Shown here one piece after another: positions 15,771 to 24,304 of a stretch of 33,170 nucleotides of DNA. The notes below the pieces were generated by a model. The model was given only the letters and a program-made list of their open reading frames with translations. It was not told where the DNA came from and searched no databases. The DNA comes from a virus (lineage: Duplodnaviria > Heunggongvirae > Uroviricota > Caudoviricetes). The stretch lies in IMG/VR virus record IMGVR_UViG_3300044212_000090; one strand, given 5' to 3'. A program made the position numbers and the translations under genes. Within the stretch, counting starts at the first letter, position 1. Every line of letters begins with the position of its first letter.

Positions 15771-18245
15771 TCAGACGTGATACAGCGGGCAGTTCGTCGT
15801 GATGCCGGACATCTCGCACGCCGAGGTCACGCACGTGCAGAAGTCGCTGGGACTGGTCCTCCAGTGGCGCTCGGGCACGGCGTCGTAGAGCCGCCGGTAC
15901 TCGCGATCAATCCACTCCTGGGACTTATGGAACTTGGCAGCGATTCCCCCGATGCTCAGGGCGTGGTCGCGCATCGGCTTGTGGGTGTCGCCCTTGGTCA
16001 TGGGGGGGGTGTCCAGCGGAGCATCCCGTCCGCCCTGCGCCATGGCCGCATCGGGGAGGACGTAGGGAGCATCCTGCCCCACTGGCGTGAATCCGTCGAT
16101 GTTGCCTTTGCGGCTGTCGAGCTTCGGATCGTAGGCGTTATGCACGGCGGCCATCGGCTCCGCGGGCGCCGGGGCGCCCTTCGAGCCGGGCTTGAGCATG
16201 CCGACCGAGCCAAGCCACCCGACCATCGCATCGCTCATCGTCGCCACCCGGGAGTCGTCGGCCACGCGGTAGTCGCCGGACTCCTCCCCGTTGTCCATGT
16301 GCGATCCGGGGGCCAGGACATAGCCCTCGCGCTCGCACCGGGTATCGATGTGGAAGCCTCCGATATGGGTGTTGGTGACCACGTGCACGCCCTCGGGGAG
16401 GCGGTAGTAGGCGTGGACGCCGCCGCTCGGGGTGCGCGTCAGGAACGTCTTAGGGAAGTCGAGCGTCCCGTATTCGCCGATCGTCCTCTCGAAGGAGTCC
16501 CAGCCGTTCTCGTCGGCGTACTTGGAGCCGGATCCCTTGGCGTCCATGTCGAAGTCGAGCACCGCGAAGCCGTCATGGGGCACACACGCCCATGCCGCGG
16601 CGTTCTGCGGCGGCTTGGGGAGGTGCGGGTTCCTCGCCTTGTTCTCGTTCTGCCAGCCGTAGCACGACTTGTCGAGGTTCGCCCGCACGTAATGGCATCC
16701 GAAGCCACGCTCGTCAGGGTTCGTAGCCACGCCGTTCAGCGGTTCGGGGGGGGGAGTGGGCGCGTCGTTCTCGATCTGGGCCATCACGTACTTGCGGAAG
16801 TCGGAGAATCGGTCCTCGTCCTCGACGACGTAGACGCTGACGCGATTGCCATCCACGGTTTTCTGCTTCGACTTGAGGCCGAGCTTGCTGATGGCGTTGG
16901 TCTTGTCGCTCTGGCTGGGCCGGTACGGGTTGTCCGGGTTGTAGACCCAGCCGCGGGCTATGATTTCGGAGACCATCCACTGCTCGGCGTCCGTGAGCAT
17001 GTCGGGACGGTTGATCTGCACCTTCCTGATTTCCGCCTCGCCGGGCGTCCCCTCCTCGAACCATGCCTGGCACGAGCGCATGATGAAGCCGTCCGCGCCG
17101 AATTGGGAGATGAACGCGCGCATGAGGTCGAAGTCCTTCGCCTTGCGCCCGTCCTTCATGCGCACGAAGACGAAGCGGCGCTTCATGGAATCGTCCATCG
17201 AGGTGACGAACGAGAGATTGGTGGCGATGGACAGCGTGGCCTCGGGGCGGAAGGTGACCATGTCGTGGCCCAGGCGCCGGGCGTTGAGCCCGTCGCCTGT
17301 CGAGAGCTTCTTCAGCCGCTCGGTCTGCTGCGCGGACAGGCTCCCCGCATCCTCGTCGAAGGCCCACATCCGCCCGATGAGCTTGGCAGGCTCCTGCTCC
17401 AGCACCGTGGAGGACACCTTCGCCCCGCCTGTCAGGTTCACCGCATCCACGGTCGTCGCCAGCGAGCGGGTGCTCCGCCCTTTGACGAAGGCGTTGAAGA
17501 ACGTCCCCTTGCCGTTGCCTCCCTCGCCCGCCAGCACGAAGGTCTTCTCCTTGAACTGCTGCAGGAACGGCGCGGCGGGAAGATACTCCAGATTGTGCAA
17601 GCTCTTGGCGTCGTCGGTGATGTCCTGCATGAAGTGCCGCGCATGGAGCACCAGCCTCTCCTCGAAGTCGCGATCAATGCTCAGCTCGAAGGGATCGCTG
17701 AACACGGCGTCCCCGGGCCTGAAGATGCAGGGCTTCTCCTTGAGCCCCGGCTCCGCGTACCAGCAGTACGCCTTGTTCGCGAAGCGGATGCCATGCCTGA
17801 TGCGCAGCGGGCGCCCGTCGAAGGTCACGAGCTTGGCGCATTCGATCTTGAGCAGCCGATCCCACTCCGTCTTCGACTCGGCGGAGCGCACATCGTAGCA
17901 ATCCGCGAGCGAGGCGATGGCGGTCCATGACTCCAGGCGCCTCATGCCCATATAGTCCACGTCGCGCACGAACAGCACCCCCGTCTCCGCGTCGCCGCCC
18001 TTGAGCACGATGTCGCCGTGCTTGAAATCCCACAGGGCCTGCGCGTACCCGAAGGGCACCAGCATCTCGGCCTCGCCCTTGGATGTCTGTCTGCGGGGCA
18101 CGACGACCTCATTGCCCACGCGATCGGTGAAATCGCCCTGCCTGCCCTGCTCGGCGAGACGCAGCCCGTCATACGTCGCCTGCACGTTGCGCGGCATGCG
18201 CGGCATCGCCGCGAACTGCCATGTGTCCAGATTGTTGGGATCCAT
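15771..18245 (-). CDS. D5/SF3-type helicase fused to a C-terminal bifunctional primase-polymerase (Prim-Pol) domain
   Basis: Walker A GEGGNGKGT, Walker B AFDED, motif C SIATN; C-terminal AVLDFD...TRTPSGGVHAYY...IDTR..GYVLAPGS. Start MDPNNL with SD AAAAGGAG. Confidence 0.85.
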   Translation of the reverse strand: MDPNNLDTWQFAAMPRMPRNVQATYDGLRLAEQGRQGDFTDRVGNEVVVPRRQTSKGEAEMLVPFGYAQALWDFKHGDIVLKGGDAETGVLFVRDVDYMGMRRLESWTAIASLADCYDVRSAESKTEWDRLLKIECAKLVTFDGRPLRIRHGIRFANKAYCWYAEPGLKEKPCIFRPGDAVFSDPFELSIDRDFEERLVLHARHFMQDITDDAKSLHNLEYLPAAPFLQQFKEKTFVLAGEGGNGKGTFFNAFVKGRSTRSLATTVDAVNLTGGAKVSSTVLEQEPAKLIGRMWAFDEDAGSLSAQQTERLKKLSTGDGLNARRLGHDMVTFRPEATLSIATNLSFVTSMDDSMKRRFVFVRMKDGRKAKDFDLMRAFISQFGADGFIMRSCQAWFEEGTPGEAEIRKVQINRPDMLTDAEQWMVSEIIARGWVYNPDNPYRPSQSDKTNAISKLGLKSKQKTVDGNRVSVYVVEDEDRFSDFRKYVMAQIENDAPTPPPEPLNGVATNPDERGFGCHYVRANLDKSCYGWQNENKARNPHLPKPPQNAAAWACVPHDGFAVLDFDMDAKGSGSKYADENGWDSFERTIGEYGTLDFPKTFLTRTPSGGVHAYYRLPEGVHVVTNTHIGGFHIDTRCEREGYVLAPGSHMDNGEESGDYRVADDSRVATMSDAMVGWLGSVGMLKPGSKGAPAPAEPMAAVHNAYDPKLDSRKGNIDGFTPVGQDAPYVLPDAAMAQGGRDAPLDTPPMTKGDTHKPMRDHALSIGGIAAKFHKSQEWIDREYRRLYDAVPERHWRTSPSDFCTCVTSACEMSGITTNCPLYHV

Positions 18246-18426
18246 CGCCCGACTCCTTTTCAGCTTGTCTGCAATGCCTATATGCGTCGGCGCAGAAGCA
18301 GGGAGGGAATCGACGGATGCAGGAGTGCGCTCGAACGGGAGGAGTGCGTCGAATTCGGGCATATGCGCCGTATGCGCCGGCTAGCACCCGTATGCGTTTT
18401 CCGGCGTTTTTTCAACGAAAATGGGC

Positions 18427-18597
18427 GAAACTGCATACAGAACATACGGGTGCATACGGGCCATATGCACCCCTCATCCCTACTGCCAGTAGGGCTTTAG
18501 CCCCCCTGCATATGAGCATATGGTTTATAGAGGCTTTGGCATGTTTAAGGGCTGTTTCGGGGGTTCCATAGGAAAAGCCGTATGCATATGCAGTTTC
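18427..18597. repeat. 171-bp unit, copy A, bounded by an 11-bp terminal inverted repeat
   Basis: GAAACTGCATA...TATGCAGTTTC; one mismatch to copy B; relatively AT-rich and dense in GCATA/CATATG. Confidence 0.95.
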
Positions 18598-18638
18598 ATG
18601 CTTTTCGGAGGCAATCGTCGCAGGAGAGAAGATCGCGC

Positions 18639-18647
18639 GTGGCATAG
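18639..18647 (+). promoter_or_regulatory. GTGGCATAG motif variant, 9 nt before ATG 18657
   Basis: Same spacing as the other copies. Confidence 0.55.
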
Positions 18648-18656
18648 CCCGAAGCC

Positions 18657-19478
18657 ATGCTCAAGCCTTTCGTCGTCACGTTCGCCGTCCCCGCCCGCAA
18701 CTGGCTGACGACCACCGGCGACGAGAACAGCTCCCGGCGAGCGAAGGTGAGGCACGATCTGCGCGCCTACGGCAAGCGGGTGTGGTCCGATGCCCTCAGA
18801 GCCGGCTGCCCGCGCGTGGACCGCTTCATGCTATGGGTGACCATCGGCGGGCGCCGGGAGTCGCCGGTGCTCTCCGCCGAGACGCTGAAGCCCCTCATCG
18901 ACGCCGCGACCGACATGCACGTATGGCCCGACGATGACCCCTACCATCGCGTCTGCACCTGCTACATGCCAGACCCGCGCCGGGCTCCGCAAGGCAACGC
19001 GATCGTGTCCATGTGGGTCATTCCGCTCGACAAATTCGAGAATCCGGCCATGGAACTCATCGCCTCCGTGCCCGGCGCCCGAGGAACGGGCTTCACGCTG
19101 GAGGTGCCCGACCGCGACTGGCTCACGTCGAACATGAAGCTGTCCGCCCCCGAGCGAAAAGCGAAGCAGGGCCGCATCATGCGCTCGGCGGCGATGCTCT
19201 GGAATGAGGACGCGCCGCTCGGCGCCGATGCGGCGGTGCTCTTCGGCGTGCGCTACCCCGATTCGCGCAAAAAGTATCAAGGGGATCCCGACAACACCGC
19301 GGAGACGGCCACGGCCATATGGGGCGCGGGCGCGGCGAAGCTGCTGTGCCCGGCCTCGCCCTCGCTCTTCGGCTTCTATCTGCTGGGCAGGCATCCGAGC
19401 AGACCGAAACACCACGAGATGGCAATGACGGCATTCACCGTGCCGAAGGATTACAGCTGGCTCGACCGGCTGAAGTGA
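18657..19478 (+). CDS. Tandem two-domain RusA-like (Holliday junction resolvase-fold) protein
   Basis: Internal duplication (FAVPARNWLTT / LEVPDRDWLTSN); domain 1 has AETLKPLIDAATDMHVWPDDD, domain 2 has GDPDNTAET. Confidence 0.6.
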   Translation: MLKPFVVTFAVPARNWLTTTGDENSSRRAKVRHDLRAYGKRVWSDALRAGCPRVDRFMLWVTIGGRRESPVLSAETLKPLIDAATDMHVWPDDDPYHRVCTCYMPDPRRAPQGNAIVSMWVIPLDKFENPAMELIASVPGARGTGFTLEVPDRDWLTSNMKLSAPERKAKQGRIMRSAAMLWNEDAPLGADAAVLFGVRYPDSRKKYQGDPDNTAETATAIWGAGAAKLLCPASPSLFGFYLLGRHPSRPKHHEMAMTAFTVPKDYSWLDRLK

Positions 19479-19668
19479 GAGAGAAACGACGCCTGGGCGA
19501 CCCTGATCGCATTCTGGGCGGTCAGCGCTCATGCATGGCATACGGCCCGTGAAAGCGCATCGAACAGGGGGGGGCTGGTACTTTATTGCCCCGAATATGG
19601 GCACATGGGCCGTATGCAGTGACTAGTATCCATATGCGTTTTTCGCGGATTTCTGGCGGAAAACGGCA

Positions 19669-19839
19669 GAAACTGCATACAGAACATACGGGTGCATACG
19701 GGCCATATGCACCCCTCATCCCTACTGCCAGTAGGGCTTTAGCCCCCCTGCATATGAGCATATGGTTTATAGAGGCTTTGGCATGTTTAAGGGCTATTTC
19801 GGGGGTTCCATAGGAAAAGCCGTATGCATATGCAGTTTC
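19669..19839. repeat. 171-bp unit, copy B
   Basis: Direct repeat of 18427-18597; the left flanks stay similar but diverged for about 70 bp more. Confidence 0.95.
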
Positions 19840-19877
19840 GCTGTTTTCGGAGCTGTCCCCATGCTTCGCGGCCAGGC

Positions 19878-19886
19878 GACGCATAG
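19878..19886 (+). promoter_or_regulatory. GACGCATAG motif, 8 nt before GTG 19895
   Basis: No SD before the start. Confidence 0.7.
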
Positions 19887-19894
19887 CCGCCATC

Positions 19895-22342
19895 GTGCCC
19901 TTCAATCCGTTCAAGAACGCCCCGGCTCCCGCGCCCAAGGCGTCTCCTTCCGCGCTCGCGGCGCCGGAGGAGCCTCCTGTCGCGCCCTCGGCGTCTGCGG
20001 AGACGGATTCATGGGAGTCGGCATGGGGCGCGGCGACAGGCGGGGAGCCTGCCCCGCAGCCCGAGCCTCCTGTTTCCTCGAACCCGAAGGAAGATCCGAA
20101 GCAGCCTGCGCCCCTTCTTGTCGAGGAAGCGCCGACTGGGGCATCTGCGCCCGTTCCCGAAGAGCAGGCAGAGATGTCGGTCGCCCCAGTTCGTCCGAAG
20201 GATGACGATGCCTCATGGTTCGCAGAAGACGAGCCGGAGGACGAGCCTCCTGCCGTATCGCTGTTCGAGGAAGCCGAACCGGAACAGGCCCCCGCCGTGA
20301 AGCCCGCCGCCTCCTCGTGGCTCGATCATCTCGACGGCACCGACGACGCCGGCGATCTCGATTGGGGCGATGATGCCGCATCGGGCATGGGGCAGCCGGA
20401 AGCGAAGCCTGCTCCTATCGCGGACGAAGACCCCTGGGGCGCGGAGCGGAACGGCGAAGAGCCAACCGCCACCGACGAGCCGGAGGCGTCTGCGGCGGAT
20501 GACGGCTTCTGGGGCAATGCTCCCGAAGCTCCTTCCTCGTCGCAGGAAGACGCAGATTCCGTCTCTGCGCATGATGACGACTTCTGGGGCGCTCCCGAAA
20601 GCGGCGAAGGCGAGAACGCCCTCCAGGACGAGTCTTCATCGCAGAAGGCTGCGGATCCTACCTCGGCGGCGGATGGCGACTTCTGGGGCGCGGCGCCTAC
20701 TCCCGTTGATGATGATTTCTGGGGGGCCGCATCGGATGCAGGCGAAGACGCCCCTGCCCCGGCTGCGGGGCGGACGGAGCGGAAAGCCGGGTCCGGCGCG
20801 AACGAAGAGCCGGAACCGGCTGACGACTTCTGGGGCGCCTCCGCGCCGGACGGGGAAAACGGGCCGGAGGAGACGCCCCCTGCGCCCGACCCTGCGCTCG
20901 ATGACGGCAGCCAGGGCATATCGGAGGCAGGCGAGGAGAGGCGCGTGGAGCCCGCCTCGTCCGACGATGGCTTCTGGGGGCCTTCGGCCCCCTCCTCGAA
21001 GACGGATAATGCAAAGCCCTCTTCGGATGCATCCGACGACGATTTCTGGGGAGATGCGAACGAAGACGCTCCGATCGCATCGGAGCTCCCCGCGAACGCC
21101 GCGGAGACGGACGGCGAGAGCACGCAGATCATGCCGGGGCCGCAGCTCCCGAAATCCCACCCCTCGGATGAGGGCGATGACGGCTTCTGGGGCGACGCCG
21201 CGCAAGAGCGCGCCCGGGCCGTGTCGCCCGCCGCGAAGCGGGTGCGTTCCGAAGAGGACGGGCGCGAGTCCGCATCCGATGGAACGCCTGCCGTCGTATC
21301 CTCCTCGCGCCCCGGCTTCTTCGACGGCCCGTCCCTGCCCGTGCATCTCGACCTCGCCGAGAGCGACGACGAGGAGGGCGACGCCCCTGAATTCTCTGCA
21401 GGCGCGGGCGACCTGTGGGACGATGCGCCCGCAAGGCCCGCAGCCGCCGCGAGCGACCCGTTCGGCGTCGAGGATGAAGACGACGTCAGCGAGCACGAGG
21501 CGAAGCGCTCCTCTCCGCTCGCGGACATCCCGTTCCGCCTCATCGCCATCGTCCTGGCCGTGGTGCTGGCGCTGGGCGCGGGCGGGTTCGGCATGGCGAC
21601 GTGGATGAGGCAGCGCGCCGCCGAGAGAACGAAGGCGGAGAACGCGGCGCTGTGCTCCCAGCTCTCCGACGCCCGTGCATCGTGGAAGTCGAAGACGGCG
21701 CAGGTCAAGGGGCTGCACGCCCAGCCTCCCGCCGCGCCATCGTTCGCGTGCTTGTCCACCGGCAACGCCATGCGCGAGAGCCTCGGGCGCATCGCCGCCG
21801 CGGACAAGAGGCTCGACTCCGCCATAGCGAAGGCCGTGCAAGGCGCGTGGAAGCCGACCGCAGACGGGCTCGCGGGACTCAAGGCGAAGCGCCCGGGAGC
21901 CTCCGCGGACACGATCGACGCGGCCCTGACGCTCTCGAAGCAGAGCCCGAGGACCGCCGCCGACCTGCAGTCCATGCAGCGTCAGGCCAAAGCGCTGGAC
22001 GACAAGGCGGCATCCGAGCAGAAGGCCGCGGACGCGAAGAAGGCGGCGGCGAAAGCCAAGGCCGACGCGGAGGCGAAGAGGAAGGCGGACGAAGCAGCCA
22101 AGAAAGCCGCGGACGAAGCGGCGAAGAAGGCCGCGGAGGACGCCGCCAACGCGCCGCAGCCGCAGTACGCCCCCGCGTATACGCCGACATATGTGCCCAG
22201 ATATGCTCCTAGATACGTGCCGCCGGCCCCGGCGCCCAAGCCCACCGCCCCGGCTCCCGCCCGCCCCCTGCCCCGGCTCCCAAGCCAGCGCCTCCCAAAG
22301 GCAACTCCGATGCCAGCATGTGATCGGCGGAACATGCCCTAG
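19895..22342 (+). CDS. Bitopic membrane protein: acidic disordered N-terminus with DxxFWG repeats, TM, coiled coil, Pro-rich tail (probable indel near 22260)
   Basis: Eight FWG motifs; TM FRLIAIVLAVVLALGAGGFGMATW; KAADEAAKKAA repeats. A +1 frame gives APAPKPAPPKGNSDASM with stop at 22323. Confidence 0.8.
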   Translation: MPFNPFKNAPAPAPKASPSALAAPEEPPVAPSASAETDSWESAWGAATGGEPAPQPEPPVSSNPKEDPKQPAPLLVEEAPTGASAPVPEEQAEMSVAPVRPKDDDASWFAEDEPEDEPPAVSLFEEAEPEQAPAVKPAASSWLDHLDGTDDAGDLDWGDDAASGMGQPEAKPAPIADEDPWGAERNGEEPTATDEPEASAADDGFWGNAPEAPSSSQEDADSVSAHDDDFWGAPESGEGENALQDESSSQKAADPTSAADGDFWGAAPTPVDDDFWGAASDAGEDAPAPAAGRTERKAGSGANEEPEPADDFWGASAPDGENGPEETPPAPDPALDDGSQGISEAGEERRVEPASSDDGFWGPSAPSSKTDNAKPSSDASDDDFWGDANEDAPIASELPANAAETDGESTQIMPGPQLPKSHPSDEGDDGFWGDAAQERARAVSPAAKRVRSEEDGRESASDGTPAVVSSSRPGFFDGPSLPVHLDLAESDDEEGDAPEFSAGAGDLWDDAPARPAAAASDPFGVEDEDDVSEHEAKRSSPLADIPFRLIAIVLAVVLALGAGGFGMATWMRQRAAERTKAENAALCSQLSDARASWKSKTAQVKGLHAQPPAAPSFACLSTGNAMRESLGRIAAADKRLDSAIAKAVQGAWKPTADGLAGLKAKRPGASADTIDAALTLSKQSPRTAADLQSMQRQAKALDDKAASEQKAADAKKAAAKAKADAEAKRKADEAAKKAADEAAKKAAEDAANAPQPQYAPAYTPTYVPRYAPRYVPPAPAPKPTAPAPARPLPRLPSQRLPKATPMPACDRRNMP

Positions 22343-22356
22343 AACGCACGGAAACG
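22336..22356 (+). repeat. 21-bp dispersed direct repeat, copy 2
   Basis: Identical to 14484-14504. Confidence 0.85.
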
Positions 22357-22450
22357 GCACTCTAGGCGATTTTAACGCCGAACGGCATCTTATCGTCCGA
22401 GTCGGCATGCAGAATGCGGCAGAGTCCCGTTTCGCGCGACCGGCATGCCG

Positions 22451-22459
22451 GACGCATAT
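22451..22459 (+). promoter_or_regulatory. GACGCATAT motif, 8 nt before ATG 22468
   Basis: No SD before the ATG. Confidence 0.7.
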
Positions 22460-22467
22460 GTGCTGGC

Positions 22468-22923
22468 ATGAAGCAATCTGAAATCACACAAATCCTAAAC
22501 AATCCCGATGCATCGCCAGACGCGCTGCTCGCGCTGGCGGCGGACCCGCAGGGGCAGGATGCCCTGGTCTGCATCGCACTGGGCGAGCGCGACGAGCGGC
22601 TGCTCTCCTCCATCATCCACGGCTCCGCCCTAGCGGCGCAGCGGGCCGTGAAGGGCGTGCTCTCCCGCCGCCTGCCCTCGCCCGACATGGCCTCGCTCAG
22701 CGCGTTCACCGACGCGGTGGCCCGGCTCGAAAGCCCGAACGCCGGGGTCCTCTCCGTGTCCGCATGGGCGACGTGGGTGATGGGCGACGACGACTCGGCG
22801 CTCGATCTGGCGCACCACGCGCAGGCCCTCGCCGCAGGTCAGACCGAGCTGGCGGGAGCCGCCATCGCGCTGATCGAGGCGGGGGAGACCCCGCAGAGCG
22901 TCGCGAAGGAGCAGAGCGTATGA
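22468..22923 (+). CDS. Hypothetical protein, 151 aa; C-terminus resembles DUF4192
   Basis: SAWATWVMGDDDSALDLAHHA...ELAGAAIALIEAG helical pattern. Confidence 0.6.
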   Translation: MKQSEITQILNNPDASPDALLALAADPQGQDALVCIALGERDERLLSSIIHGSALAAQRAVKGVLSRRLPSPDMASLSAFTDAVARLESPNAGVLSVSAWATWVMGDDDSALDLAHHAQALAAGQTELAGAAIALIEAGETPQSVAKEQSV

Positions 22924-23075
22924 GCGAGCTCGACGACATGGCGATGCGGTTCGCCGCATCCGCGCACAATCCATCCGATGCGGGCAAGCTGTCCGTTGAT
23001 TTGGCGAAGTGGGCCGACGCGCATCTTCGCGCCGCGAACGCCGCGCCGTCCGCGTGGGAGAGGGCCGCGGCATGA
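22920..23075 (+). CDS. Small protein, 51 aa
   Basis: ATGA overlaps on both sides. Confidence 0.65.
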   Translation: MSELDDMAMRFAASAHNPSDAGKLSVDLAKWADAHLRAANAAPSAWERAAA

Positions 23076-23824
23076 GCGGGGGGCATAAGCCCGCCCGCAT
23101 GTGGCCCGGGGTGGCGCTGGCGACGTTCCTGGCGACGCTGGCGTTCATCATCAGCTTCGACGCGCTGCGCACGCTGGGCCTTGCCTGCGGCATCAACAAT
23201 GCGCTGGCGTGGATGTTCCCGCTCATCATCGACGGCTCGACGCTGGCCTTCACATGGGCCGCGTGGGCGTTCAAGACCCGCGCCCTCTCGACGTGGTACC
23301 CGTGGGCCGCGCTGGTGCTCTTCAGCATCTTCAGCCTCATCGGCAACGCGCTGCACGCCCACGCCGTGCGGGTCGGCGCGATGATGCTGCCAAGCTGGGC
23401 CCCATCGATCATCATGACCGTGCCGCCCATCGCGCTGCTTGCGACGACCCATATGATCGTGTTAGCGGCAAGCCGGACGTATGACGAGATAGCCGCTTCG
23501 GAGCCGGTCGCAGAGCCTGCGCAAGCTGCTCCAGAGCCGGTCATAGAGCCAGAGATGGCACCTGCGCAGGTGGAGGAAGAGACCGCCCCCGCAAGAGAGC
23601 CGATGCCGGAGCCGGACGACGACCTCAGGGCGCTGGACGAGGCGCTGAGCGCCATCGATAAGCAGGAGCCAGTCGCATCCGAAGCGCATGAAGAAGAGCC
23701 TGAGCCGGAATCTCCCGCCCCGGACGTGCGCGAGGAATGGCGACGCCGGCTGAGCGGGGACGGCGGCGAACAGCTGATCGACCTGCTGCTGGACAATCCG
23801 CAGAGTCTGCCGAACAAATCCTGA
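23072..23824 (+). CDS. DUF2637 (SpdA-like) membrane protein
   Basis: ISFDALRTL...AWMFPLIIDG...SLIGNALHA...VPPIALL; four TMs plus acidic tail. Confidence 0.8.
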   Translation: MSGGHKPARMWPGVALATFLATLAFIISFDALRTLGLACGINNALAWMFPLIIDGSTLAFTWAAWAFKTRALSTWYPWAALVLFSIFSLIGNALHAHAVRVGAMMLPSWAPSIIMTVPPIALLATTHMIVLAASRTYDEIAASEPVAEPAQAAPEPVIEPEMAPAQVEEETAPAREPMPEPDDDLRALDEALSAIDKQEPVASEAHEEEPEPESPAPDVREEWRRRLSGDGGEQLIDLLLDNPQSLPNKS

Positions 23825-23832
23825 CGTGACAA

Positions 23833-23878
23833 GCAAAAGGCCACCTGCCGAATTGGGATTCGGCAGGTGGCCTTTTGC
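23833..23878. terminator. Bidirectional intrinsic terminator
   Basis: GCAAAAGGCCACCTGCCGAAT-TGGG-ATTCGGCAGGTGGCCTTTTGC. Confidence 0.85.
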
Positions 23879-23974
23879 ATTGACGGGCAGCTGCGCCGGG
23901 GCAGCGTTGGATGAACGCACGTGAACTGGGCGCAATCGTCTGTCATGCCGTTATATGCGTCCGCAGACAAAAGG

Positions 23975-24033
23975 AAGAGGCCATGCGGTCCTTCTTCCCG
24001 CGCGAACGCGATGGAAGGACCGCATGGCCTCTT
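23975..24033. other. Perfect 20-bp inverted repeat with an internal mini-hairpin
   Basis: AAGAGGCCATGCGGTCCTTC...CGCG-CGAA-CGCG...GAAGGACCGCATGGCCTCTT. Confidence 0.8.
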
Positions 24034-24097
24034 GAGGGCGCCGCATCGATCCTTGGGCTTGCGGACAAGACCTTGGAGCTTCGCGGCTGGAACGATG

Positions 24098-24304
24098 CTA
24101 TGCGCCCGCGCCCCGCAGCTCCTTCGCGCGGCGGCGCAGCGCGTTCAGCCATCGTCCGATGGCATCTCGGGTCAGATTCGCACTCTCCTCGTCGCCCGCA
24201 ATGATATCGGAGACGGAAGTCTCCATGCTCTCGATGCCGATGGTGCCGATGGTCGCGCCCATGCCGTCGATATCGAGCACGATGCGGATTCTCTGCTCGC
24301 TCAT
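24098..24304 (-). CDS. Small protein, 68 aa
   Basis: MSEQRIRIVLDIDG...; coupled to the upstream stop. Confidence 0.65.
   Translation of the reverse strand: MSEQRIRIVLDIDGMGATIGTIGIESMETSVSDIIAGDEESANLTRDAIGRWLNALRRRAKELRGAGA

Noticed and set aside
15747-17930. 727-aa plus-strand ORF
   Set aside because: Antisense shadow of the primase-helicase, which has the clear catalytic motifs.
20326-22408. Long minus-strand ORFs (549 and 590 aa)
   Set aside because: Shadows of the FWG-repeat gene.
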